DNA from: Patescibacteria group bacterium
GTDB taxonomy: Bacteria > Patescibacteriota > Patescibacteriia > UBA1558 > GWA2-36-10
Length of the DNA stretch: 56,336 nt
Direction: 5' to 3'
Assembly: GCA_041662585.1 (NCBI GenBank)
Contig: JBAZSG010000003.1
Coordinates: forward strand, 99,011-155,346
Notes under the pieces: generated by a model
Told to the model about the DNA's origin: nothing
Databases searched by the model: none
The model's input: only the letters and a program-made list of their open reading frames with translations
Shown here: positions 7,755 through 16,300 of the stretch, one piece after another
How the letters are laid out: each line of letters opens with the position of its first letter
How positions within the stretch are numbered: the stretch's first letter is position 1
Program-made: the position numbers and the translations under genes

Positions 7755-8816
7755 TTAATAGTTAGGAGCTTTTTTATTTATTGAAATAGTATGAGGATGT
7801 GATTCTTTCAAACTGGCCGTACTAATACGTATAAATCTAGCTCTAAGTGCCAACTGAGCTAGATTTTTGGCGCCAATATAACCCATACCACTTTTTAAAC
7901 CACCTACCATATTGAATATTACATCTTCAACTTTACCTTTATAGGGAATAATACCCTCCACTCCTTCTGGTACATACTTTGTATTACCTTTTTGAAAATA
8001 TCTATCAGAAGATTGTCCTTTTTGCATAGCCCCCAAAGAACCCATGCCTCTGTATTCTTTAAATGTTTGACCATTTTTTTTGATAATTTTACCTGGCGAT
8101 TCTTTGGTGCCAGCCAACATAGAGCCCAACATAACAGTAGATGCTCCAGCAGCCAGTGCTTTTACTATGTCTCCAGAATATTTTATACCTCCATCAGCTA
8201 CTATTGGTATTTTATGTTTTTTGGCCACAGCTACTACAGCTAATACAGCTGAAAGTTGTGGCACACCTATTCCAGCTACCACTCTAGTAGTACAAATAGA
8301 ACCCGGACCAATACCTACTTTGATAGCGTCAGCAAATTTGACAAATTCACTAGCAGCTTCTTTAGTAGCTAAATTACCAATCATGAGTTGGGCTTTTACA
8401 TTTTTTTTAATTTTTTTGGCATCAGCTATTATTTTTTTGTTATGAGCATGAGCGCAGTCAATCACTACAATATCCACTCCGGCTTTGTCTAGTGCTACAG
8501 CTCTAGCTATATCATGAGGACCAACTGAGGCAGCAGCTAATAATTTGTGAGATTTAATTTTTTTGAGCATGAGCAATTGTTGTTGTACAGTGCAATTTCT
8601 ATGTAGTACTGCCAATCCACCAAGTTTGCCCAAAGCAATAGCCATTTCAGCTCCACTAACTGTATCCATGGCTGCCGCTAAAATAGGAATAGCTATTTTT
8701 ATCTTTTTAGTAACTTGAGTGCTGAGGTCTACTTCGCTTCTAACGACATCTGAAAAACGTGGTTCCAATAAAACATCATCATAGGTAAAACCCATTAAAA
8801 AGTCATTATTTTGCAT
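7755..8816 (-). CDS. guaB: IMP dehydrogenase lacking the CBS (Bateman) subdomain
   Basis: Catalytic loop GIGPGSICTTR, YRGMGSLGAM, VPEGVEG and C-terminal ESHPH are IMPDH-like rather than GuaC-like. Only a short linker (LKKIKSHKLLAAASVG) sits where the CBS pair normally lies. Confidence 0.8.
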   Translation of the reverse strand: MQNNDFLMGFTYDDVLLEPRFSDVVRSEVDLSTQVTKKIKIAIPILAAAMDTVSGAEMAIALGKLGGLAVLHRNCTVQQQLLMLKKIKSHKLLAAASVGPHDIARAVALDKAGVDIVVIDCAHAHNKKIIADAKKIKKNVKAQLMIGNLATKEAASEFVKFADAIKVGIGPGSICTTRVVAGIGVPQLSAVLAVVAVAKKHKIPIVADGGIKYSGDIVKALAAGASTVMLGSMLAGTKESPGKIIKKNGQTFKEYRGMGSLGAMQKGQSSDRYFQKGNTKYVPEGVEGIIPYKGKVEDVIFNMVGGLKSGMGYIGAKNLAQLALRARFIRISTASLKESHPHTISINKKAPNY

Positions 8817-8890
8817 ATTTTACTAAAATTTAGTATTTAATGGCACAATTATATCATAAAATAGCCTTATATAAAAGAAATGGGTAATCT

Positions 8891-8919
8891 TTGACAAAAT
8901 GGCTAAAATATATTATATT
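8891..8919 (+). promoter_or_regulatory. consensus-like promoter TTGACA-17 nt-TATATT
   Basis: TTGACAAAATGGCTAAAATATATTATATT is nearly identical to the rnpB promoter at 41369-41397. Confidence 0.5.
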
Positions 8920-8994
8920 TTTATATTATAATAGTCCTTTTGGCAAAAATATACCACTTATATTATATAAACAATAAACTATAGGAGGTGTCCA

Positions 8995-9090
8995 ATGGCA
9001 CGCTTGGGAATTATCTTTACACAAAAAGAAGAACACCCGAAAAAAAATCCTGATGACAATAAAGACGAAAACGCTCATCAGATAAAATAA
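8995..9090 (+). CDS. candidate small protein, 31 aa (MARLGIIFTQKEEHPKKNPDDNKDENAHQIK)
   Basis: Below the ORF-track length cutoff. AGGAGGTG lies 5 nt upstream of the ATG, a promoter lies upstream and a terminator downstream. Confidence 0.4.
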   Translation: MARLGIIFTQKEEHPKKNPDDNKDENAHQIK

Positions 9091-9113
9091 GTTGAAAGGT
9101 TTGTTGTTAAAAA

Positions 9114-9139
9114 AGACCTCTAATCTTAGAGGTCTTTTT
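9114..9139. terminator. bidirectional intrinsic terminator (AGACCTCT-aatctt-AGAGGTCT + TTTT)
   Basis: An 8-bp stem flanked by an A-run and a T-run, between the sORF (+) and the end of mnmA (-). Confidence 0.65.
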
Positions 9140-9143
9140 GTAT

Positions 9144-10193
9144 TTATAATATATTAGCGCTGGCTATTAACTCTTTGGCTTTATAAATAGCCAACAACTG
9201 TCCACTAGCTACACCTTGTTGAGACTTTTTAAATTTAGCCTTATTGGCATATAAAATTAAATCTTGAGCTGCTTGTCTATATCTGATCTGAGCTTTGGCC
9301 TTGAGTGGTAGTTTGTATTGCTTGGCCAGCCAATGAAGATTATTAATCTGTATATTCTTGGTAGACAAACTTTTATCATCAGCATGAGCAACTATTAGTT
9401 TATTATTTTTAATATCTTTTTGAGCTACATACCAAGGTCCACTACCACCAATATTCAGTCCTTTTCTTTGACCAATAGTGTAATACCACACGCCCTGATG
9501 AGTACCTAGCTTGTTACCATCTATATCTACTATAGCTCCTATTTTTGCTTTTATTTTTTGTTGCAAAAATATTTTTAAGTCCACTTTACCAATAAAACAA
9601 ATACCTTGACTATCTTTTCTGTCAGCATTTGGCAATTTGGCTTTTTTGGCAATACGCCTGACCTCTGGTTTTACAATATCTCCTATAGGAAATATTGTAT
9701 AAGATAATTGCGCTTGATTTAGTCCAGCCAAAAAATAAGATTGATCTTTATTTGGGTCTTTGGCTCGTAATAAATGAAAGCCTATATTATCTTTTTTTAT
9801 TTTAGCATAATGGCCGGTAGCTATCTTATCAAAACCAAGTTTAGTAGCTTGCTCCAAAAATAACTTAAATTTTATTTCATTATTACATAAAACATCTGGA
9901 TTTGGAGTAAGTCCAGCTTTGTAGCTTTCAAAAATATAATTGACTATTTTATCATGATATTGTTTTTGAAAATCAAAGGTCTGAATAGGTATTTTGAAAT
10001 GAGCCGCTACTCTATAAGCCATCTGACGATCTTCTTTCCAAGGACACTCGCCTTTAATATTTACTTTTTCCGAAAAATTTTTCATAAAAGCAGCTTCTAC
10101 TTGATAACCTTGCTTTTGGAGTAAATACAAAGCAACGGCGCTATCAACGCCGCCAGATAATGCTACTAGTATCTTTGCTTTTTTAGCCAACAT
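9144..10193 (-). CDS. mnmA: tRNA-specific 2-thiouridylase
   Basis: N-terminal PP-loop ALSGGVDSAV, and the NPDVLCN and GHYA motifs. Confidence 0.9.
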   Translation of the reverse strand: MLAKKAKILVALSGGVDSAVALYLLQKQGYQVEAAFMKNFSEKVNIKGECPWKEDRQMAYRVAAHFKIPIQTFDFQKQYHDKIVNYIFESYKAGLTPNPDVLCNNEIKFKLFLEQATKLGFDKIATGHYAKIKKDNIGFHLLRAKDPNKDQSYFLAGLNQAQLSYTIFPIGDIVKPEVRRIAKKAKLPNADRKDSQGICFIGKVDLKIFLQQKIKAKIGAIVDIDGNKLGTHQGVWYYTIGQRKGLNIGGSGPWYVAQKDIKNNKLIVAHADDKSLSTKNIQINNLHWLAKQYKLPLKAKAQIRYRQAAQDLILYANKAKFKKSQQGVASGQLLAIYKAKELIASANIL

Positions 10194-10194
10194 T

Positions 10195-11694
10195 TTATTT
10201 GCTAATTTTAAATAAAGTTAATTTTTTTAAAGCTATATCGGCCAATCTTATCCTTTCTTTACTACGAGCATAAAGAGTGAACAATCGTTCGCCTTTTTTG
10301 ACACTATCACCATATTCTTTATTAAGGTAAATACCTGCTAATTGGTCTTTTGGAGCCCCCAAAATACGAGCTATAGTATTTATAGACTTATTGTCAGTAA
10401 AGGTAATTTTGCCCGACTTTACAGCATTGTAGTACTTTTTATGAGCTGCTAGTACTATATCATTAGGATCAATATCACATTTTCCACCTTGTGCCTTGAT
10501 AATCTCTTGCATTTTTCTCCAAGCAGCTCCTGATTCTAAGGCTCTCCAAGCCATGGTTACTCCATGACCTTTCTTGGCTTTTCCACAAAGTTCTAAAAGC
10601 TCTCCAGCTAAATGAATTGCTTTGTTGGCTAAATCAGCTGGATAATTATCTTTTTGTTGTAAAACTCTCAAAACATCACGAGCTTCTAGCGCTGGACCAA
10701 CACCCATACCAACCGGATCTTCAGTTTGAATCATTATTACCTTTATTTTAATACCAAATTTTTTAGCAATATAAATAAATTTATTTTCCAATTTTTTGGC
10801 TATTTTCATATTTGGTATTTTGGTAGTTTTACCAACTGGCATATCTATCACCAAATGTGTTACCCCAGTAGCTACTTTTTTGGCCATAATAGAAACCAAC
10901 ATTTTATCATATGGTTCCATTGATAATGGATAAGACACTTTAAGTATTTTGTCATCAGCTGGAGCCAAATTAAGACCACCACCCCAAACCAAACAACCAC
11001 CTACTTTTTTGACTATTTGCTTTATTTCGGCGGCATTAAATGATACAGGAGCCAATACTTCCATAGTATCAGCTGTCCCTGCCGGTGAAGTAATAGCGCG
11101 AGACGATGTCTTTGGTATTGTCAGTCCCAAACTAGCCAATATAGGAATAACCACCATAGTTGTACGATTGCCAGCTAATCCACCCACTGAATGTTTGTCA
11201 ACCACCATCTTAGAAGGAAATTTTAAAATTTCACCTGTTTCAGCCATAGCCTTAGTCATAAAATACAATTCTTCATTGCTATAATCACGAATAAAACTAG
11301 AAGCTACAAAATAAGTAATTTCTGTACGAGTAAGTACACCATTGGTAATATCAGAGAAAATTTGATAAAATTCTTCATACTTTAATTTTTTACCTAACAA
11401 TCTTTTCTTAATAGCCTGAATAGATTTGGCTCTTTCTAAAAACTCAATTTCAGCTATGACATTTTCTTCAATTTTTAGATTTTCCCAAATATCTTTATAA
11501 AAACCAATTTGTCCAAATTTGACTCTTTTTTCACTAGTATTAGCTTCGGCGATAATAGAATTTTTTAGCCAAGTTATTTTTACTTTATCACCAGCTTTTA
11601 TACCATAACGCATAGCTTCATCTACATTTAACAAGACAATGTTTGATTGTCCTGTTTTGATATCAAGTTTTTTTATTTTTAAATAATATGGCAT
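10195..11694 (-). CDS. AMP phosphorylase / thymidine phosphorylase family protein (long archaeal-type form)
   Basis: A 499-aa protein with an N-terminal extra domain (MPYYLKIKKLDIKTGQ...), the glycosyl-transferase family 3 core (DKHSVGGLAGNRTT, TSSRAITSPAGTADT) and a C-terminal PYNP domain. Confidence 0.8.
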   Translation of the reverse strand: MPYYLKIKKLDIKTGQSNIVLLNVDEAMRYGIKAGDKVKITWLKNSIIAEANTSEKRVKFGQIGFYKDIWENLKIEENVIAEIEFLERAKSIQAIKKRLLGKKLKYEEFYQIFSDITNGVLTRTEITYFVASSFIRDYSNEELYFMTKAMAETGEILKFPSKMVVDKHSVGGLAGNRTTMVVIPILASLGLTIPKTSSRAITSPAGTADTMEVLAPVSFNAAEIKQIVKKVGGCLVWGGGLNLAPADDKILKVSYPLSMEPYDKMLVSIMAKKVATGVTHLVIDMPVGKTTKIPNMKIAKKLENKFIYIAKKFGIKIKVIMIQTEDPVGMGVGPALEARDVLRVLQQKDNYPADLANKAIHLAGELLELCGKAKKGHGVTMAWRALESGAAWRKMQEIIKAQGGKCDIDPNDIVLAAHKKYYNAVKSGKITFTDNKSINTIARILGAPKDQLAGIYLNKEYGDSVKKGERLFTLYARSKERIRLADIALKKLTLFKISK

Positions 11695-11698
11695 AAAT

Positions 11699-13441
11699 TT
11701 AAAATTTTACAACTTCACCCGGATTCAATTTTTGGGCATTATTATTTTTATTATTAATATTTGTGACTATTGTCTCATTGTTTTTTTGTGCTAATTCTTC
11801 AGCCTTTTTTTCTTGGGCAGGAGTTATTTTTTTAACACTTATTTTTCTCCCTTTCAAAGCTTCAGCCAAAGAAGTAAATTCTTCTTCCTTACCACTATCG
11901 CTTATTATCCTAATACTAGATGGTGGTGGCACTTTACCAGCTCGAGATAAATCCAAACATTCTCGACAATAAATAGGCTTCGTTGGATCTGGTTCAAAAT
12001 TTATCTTGGTGTGTTTTCCACAAAGATCACAATTTACATCTTTGGAAATACCAGTAGCTTTTTTATTATTTTTTGCTTTTCTTTTTGTAGTATTAGTAGC
12101 TGTTTTTTTATTTACCACTATTTCTTCTGTATTGCTCATTTTACTTATATCATCTTCACCTCTACCTTCAGACCAACGAATAATTTTGTCTTCTATTATT
12201 TCTCTTGGTTTAGCATATCTTTCACGAGTAACACTTATAATTTTATCTTTGACGCCAGCTACTTCTTCACTAAGTGGTACTGGTGCTAAGGTATTGGCAG
12301 AAAATGCTTCAGAAGTAACACCATCAATCATTAATTTAATATAAATTTGAAATTTAGAAAGATTTACCAAATCTTCCTGAGTAAAAGTTGGAAAAAATTC
12401 CTTTTCCAAAAATTCTGCATCAGCAGCTCCTACTCTAAAAGCCACCAAGGTACCAACATTGCCAAATACTGCTGCTTGGATATTTTCTTCAACTTGTTCT
12501 ATGTATTGATGAGCTATAATAAGATTTAATCTATATTTTCTAGCTTCAGATAATATATTAGCAAAAGAATCTGTGGCAAAGTTTTGAAACTCATCAACGT
12601 ATAGATAAAAATCTTTTCTTTCTTCTTCTGGTGTATCTACTCGACTCATAGCTGCAAGTTGAATTTTGGTAATCATCATAGCTCCTAATAAGGCTGAATT
12701 GTCTTCACCTACCCTACCTTTGGAAAGATTCAACAATAATATTTTTTGATTATCCATGATATCTCTCATGGAAAAAGATGAATTTACCTGCCCCAATATA
12801 TTTCTGATTAAAGCTGAAGAAAGAAATCTTCCAACTTTGTTTTGAATAGGAGCTATAGCTTCAGCCTGAAAACGATCAGGATATTTACTATATTCTTCTA
12901 ACCAAAAAGCCTTTACTACTGGATCAGACAAATTTTCGACTACTCTTTTTCTAAAATTTTTGTCGGTCAACATCCTCATAATACCAAGTAAAGTAGAGCC
13001 AGGATATTCTAGTAAAGCTGAAATAGCGTGATGAAGTACATATTCTAGTCTTGGTCCCCAAGAATCAGCCCAAATCTTCTGAAATACACCAATAAGTCCA
13101 GAAACAACTAAATGTCTTTGACTAGAATCCACTTGTTCTAAAACATTAAAACCAATGGGAAAATCTAAATCTGAAGGATTAAAATAGATTACCTCATTTA
13201 TACGATCTCTTGGTACAAAATTTATAATTTTTTCTACCAAATCACCGTGAGGATCTACTACACAAACACCCTTGCCGTCTTGAATATCTTGAATAATCAT
13301 GTTTTCCAGTACTGTAGATTTACCCATGCCAGTTTTACCAATAAAATACATATGGCGACGTCGATCGTCAACTTTTATTCCAAAACGAACATTGGAATTT
13401 CTATAGTTTGTTTCAGCAAAAATTGTAATTTTATTATCCAT
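11699..13441 (-). CDS. TraG/VirD4-like (T4CP-type) P-loop ATPase with C-terminal CxxC-x17-CxxC zinc ribbon and Lys-rich tail
   Basis: Walker A GKTGMGKS, Walker B FYLYVDEFQNF, and RKYRLNLIIAHQY (TraG-D_C-like). The zinc ribbon is CDLCGKHTKINFEPDPTKPIYCREC. It is a paralog of the C-half of 27339-29792. Confidence 0.75.
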   Translation of the reverse strand: MDNKITIFAETNYRNSNVRFGIKVDDRRRHMYFIGKTGMGKSTVLENMIIQDIQDGKGVCVVDPHGDLVEKIINFVPRDRINEVIYFNPSDLDFPIGFNVLEQVDSSQRHLVVSGLIGVFQKIWADSWGPRLEYVLHHAISALLEYPGSTLLGIMRMLTDKNFRKRVVENLSDPVVKAFWLEEYSKYPDRFQAEAIAPIQNKVGRFLSSALIRNILGQVNSSFSMRDIMDNQKILLLNLSKGRVGEDNSALLGAMMITKIQLAAMSRVDTPEEERKDFYLYVDEFQNFATDSFANILSEARKYRLNLIIAHQYIEQVEENIQAAVFGNVGTLVAFRVGAADAEFLEKEFFPTFTQEDLVNLSKFQIYIKLMIDGVTSEAFSANTLAPVPLSEEVAGVKDKIISVTRERYAKPREIIEDKIIRWSEGRGEDDISKMSNTEEIVVNKKTATNTTKRKAKNNKKATGISKDVNCDLCGKHTKINFEPDPTKPIYCRECLDLSRAGKVPPPSSIRIISDSGKEEEFTSLAEALKGRKISVKKITPAQEKKAEELAQKNNETIVTNINNKNNNAQKLNPGEVVKF

Positions 13442-13443
13442 AT

Positions 13444-14934
13444 TTAAGCTATTGGTAAATTAGGTGGTGCCTGATCTTTATGAGTAGAAGAATGGCTGGT
13501 CTTGGTAGCTGTTTTTGCAAAACGTTCCTCAAAATGTTTGTCTGATAAATCTACATTAAAATTTGGCGTGAGTAGTTGTCTACTCAAATCTTTTTCAATT
13601 TCCTCTTTATCTATATCACCTGCTTTTGAAATAGGCAATGAAGAAGGTGGCTCAGATTTTTTACTTTCCGTACGTTTAAGAAGAGGCGCTTTGATAAACT
13701 TACTTGGAAAATGCCAAATAGTAGCTAGCTCTTCGGTATTTAAAATATAATAATCATGCCCTCTGCTACCACTACGGCTTTTGTAACCAGCGACCAAATT
13801 TCTTCGACGTTTAGCCACTAAAGTTTTTATAAAAAAATAGTCAATCTTTGTTTTGGTTTTTTTGTCTGGTTTAAATGAATTAAGATCCATGGTATTAAAT
13901 TGTTTTATAGACCCAAAAACAGAAGAAAGAACTCTAGCTGGAGAATATAATTCATGGGGAGAAATATAAATCAAACGCATTTTACATTCAAAGCCAGTTT
14001 TGGAAGCTTTATTTTCTATCGCAGCTATAGCATCTTTTTCACCTGGAGTAAGATGAAGCATCATAGATGGCATATCTTCTTTGGTTTTAGAAGCATGAGA
14101 AGCACTAAGGTCTTGTGGCCAGATCATAGGTTCGCCAGTAGATAAGAAAAATAAACCAGTAATGGGATCCATAATTCTAGACAACCATGATTTTTTTGAT
14201 GCAAATTTCTTACCAGCTATTTTATAGGCTTCTTTCATACTTCTTTGTGGCCATTCAAAACCAGTGGGTTTAACTATAATTTGAATCCAAACTTGTTCGC
14301 CAATATATACCTTACTCATAGTCTCAAGCAGTGAGGCTATCGGATCTTTAAATTCTCCTGAAACAGCATCTTCAAAAGATGGATAAGTACGAATAGGATA
14401 AACATCATTTTTAGCCAATATAACTTCTGTACCCCAAATATTGTGAGTGTCGTTTGGAAAATCATCTGGCAAAGTACCTACATAATCTTCAACTTCTGTA
14501 ATCTCTGCATCTGGATATTGAGAATAAATAGAGCTTTCTATTATATCTCTTGATTGACTAGGAGTACGAATTAAAAATTGTACATAACCATCAATACTGA
14601 CTATTTCAAAAGAAAAACTAAGTTGAAATCGCCCTTCTAAATAAATCTCTCTTAAATTGAGTGGATCATGAGCCCCTGAAATAGTAGAAAAAAGTTGTTC
14701 TACAGCCTTTGGTGTTTGCTCAGTATCTTTTGGTACATCTATAGCTAATATTACAAACTTATTGGTATTAAACCATTTTGTACTTTGATTTAAGTGCCAA
14801 ATCTCAAAAGAACCACGAGCAATTACATATAAAAACAAAATCCAACCCCCGCTTTTAAAGAGATACCAAGCTATAGCCAAGCTACCTTGATCCATAGCCG
14901 CATATAATGATGAAAAATCAAAAACTATTTCCAT
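13444..14934 (-). CDS. membrane protein homologous to the N-terminal half of the fused ATPase at 27339-29792
   Basis: N-terminal TM segments. FSFEIVSIDGYVQFLIRTP aligns with FSFEIVSMGGFINFYIATP. The gene ends ...APPNLPIA, 2 nt before the ATPase ATG. Confidence 0.7.
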   Translation of the reverse strand: MEIVFDFSSLYAAMDQGSLAIAWYLFKSGGWILFLYVIARGSFEIWHLNQSTKWFNTNKFVILAIDVPKDTEQTPKAVEQLFSTISGAHDPLNLREIYLEGRFQLSFSFEIVSIDGYVQFLIRTPSQSRDIIESSIYSQYPDAEITEVEDYVGTLPDDFPNDTHNIWGTEVILAKNDVYPIRTYPSFEDAVSGEFKDPIASLLETMSKVYIGEQVWIQIIVKPTGFEWPQRSMKEAYKIAGKKFASKKSWLSRIMDPITGLFFLSTGEPMIWPQDLSASHASKTKEDMPSMMLHLTPGEKDAIAAIENKASKTGFECKMRLIYISPHELYSPARVLSSVFGSIKQFNTMDLNSFKPDKKTKTKIDYFFIKTLVAKRRRNLVAGYKSRSGSRGHDYYILNTEELATIWHFPSKFIKAPLLKRTESKKSEPPSSLPISKAGDIDKEEIEKDLSRQLLTPNFNVDLSDKHFEERFAKTATKTSHSSTHKDQAPPNLPIA

Positions 14935-15051
14935 AATGTATTTATATTATACCCTTTTTTTGGCTTTTTTTAAAGTCTTTTTTAAAATAAAACACCCTCC
15001 TTATTTATTATAAAACAAATATATATATAGGAAGGTGTTTTTTAAATATTT

Positions 15052-16155
15052 TTATTCACTTTTCAATGAGTAACGGCCTTTTTCATCTCTAGAAAATCTA
15101 TCTTTATTCATGAGGGCTAGAGTAATAGTAGTTTCTTTGATCATACGTTTTTCAAGCACAGCCTTGGTAATTTCTTTTTTGGTCAATGCTTTGTCACTAT
15201 CGCGCAAAATATCAGCTATTACATCAGCTACTACACCTGGTTTATAACCCCATTCTTTTAAGGCATAAATACCACGACCAACTAAAACATATTTTTTATC
15301 CAAAATTAATTCATTGTGAATGGTAGCCGGATAAGCTTTACGATGATCAAAAGACATTTGATTGATAGTATCAGCAATTTCAGTAAAATGCATAGGAGCA
15401 CCATTTTTTTTCAATACTAAATATATTTTGTCATTCATCCTACGGGGAGTGATATTTGACCATTCTACTAAACCCCATTCTTCATAGGGATTTGATTTCA
15501 ATTTTTTACTTACGCTAATAAAGTTTATTACTACTCTATCAGTTAATTTATCATTACTAGTATAAAATTCAGCCTCTTCAATCTTGCTTATCAGTTCTTC
15601 CAAACTTAGGGCATTGCCATGATTTTCTATCAAATTTCGTATATTATCTATAGTTTCTTGAAATAAGTCTATATTGGCTTCGGGAGTTTTCCAAAAACCA
15701 TTGTAATGTTTTGATTCTTTTACAAAATAAAATCGATGATTCAAAAGTTGATTTAATATAAATCTAATAGCAGACTTATTTTCTTCTGATGAACCAGGAA
15801 TCATTAGTAATTCGTTTATTAAATTAACTTCAGACATCAAACCACCATGCTCAGATAATGTAGCGTTGGCTATATCTTCAATCTCTTTTAATATAGTTTG
15901 ATTGAAGCTTTTATTTATCTTTTTCAGAGAAGTGTTTTCAATTTGTCTAATTCTCTCACGAGTAACATCGTACTGTTTGCCGATGTCTTCAAGAGTCTTT
16001 TTTTCCAAACCAGACAAGCCATGACGCATTTTTATAATTTCTTGCTCACGCTCTGATAAAGCAGTCAAAATATTGATGAGAGTTTGATGAGGATCAAAAT
16101 CTGATAGTTTTGACAAATGTTTTGATGTAATTACTTGATCTAAAATTCCAGACAT
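15052..16155 (-). CDS. sigma-70 region 4-like HTH protein with C-terminal HARE-HTH/winged-helix domains
   Basis: SEREQEIIKMRHGL...TLEDIGKQYDVTRERIRQIENTSLKKI is sigma region 4. IYLVLKKNGAPMHFTEIADTI...GRGIYALKEWGY is HARE-HTH-like. Confidence 0.65.
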   Translation of the reverse strand: MSGILDQVITSKHLSKLSDFDPHQTLINILTALSEREQEIIKMRHGLSGLEKKTLEDIGKQYDVTRERIRQIENTSLKKINKSFNQTILKEIEDIANATLSEHGGLMSEVNLINELLMIPGSSEENKSAIRFILNQLLNHRFYFVKESKHYNGFWKTPEANIDLFQETIDNIRNLIENHGNALSLEELISKIEEAEFYTSNDKLTDRVVINFISVSKKLKSNPYEEWGLVEWSNITPRRMNDKIYLVLKKNGAPMHFTEIADTINQMSFDHRKAYPATIHNELILDKKYVLVGRGIYALKEWGYKPGVVADVIADILRDSDKALTKKEITKAVLEKRMIKETTITLALMNKDRFSRDEKGRYSLKSE

Positions 16156-16300
16156 ATATTTCTTTACAATTTATCTGATTTTATTTGTAATAATAAAATT
16201 CAACTATACAGTAACATATTTTTTAATATTAGTCAAGACCCACAGCTTTAAAAAACCGTGGGTCTTGAATTATTGGCTAATTTTAGTGAAAATATTGATT

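Noticed and set aside
8080-8445. Antisense ORFs of 100-121 aa here and at 10949-11284, 12006-12344, 17263-17625, 43267-43569, 51381-51698, 54855-55154 and 55509-55802
   Set aside because: All overlap strongly conserved minus-strand genes (guaB, AMP phosphorylase, ATPase, secD, mreB, frr, recJ). They have low-complexity Ser/Ile/Leu/Phe-rich translations and no start signals. They are shadow ORFs.
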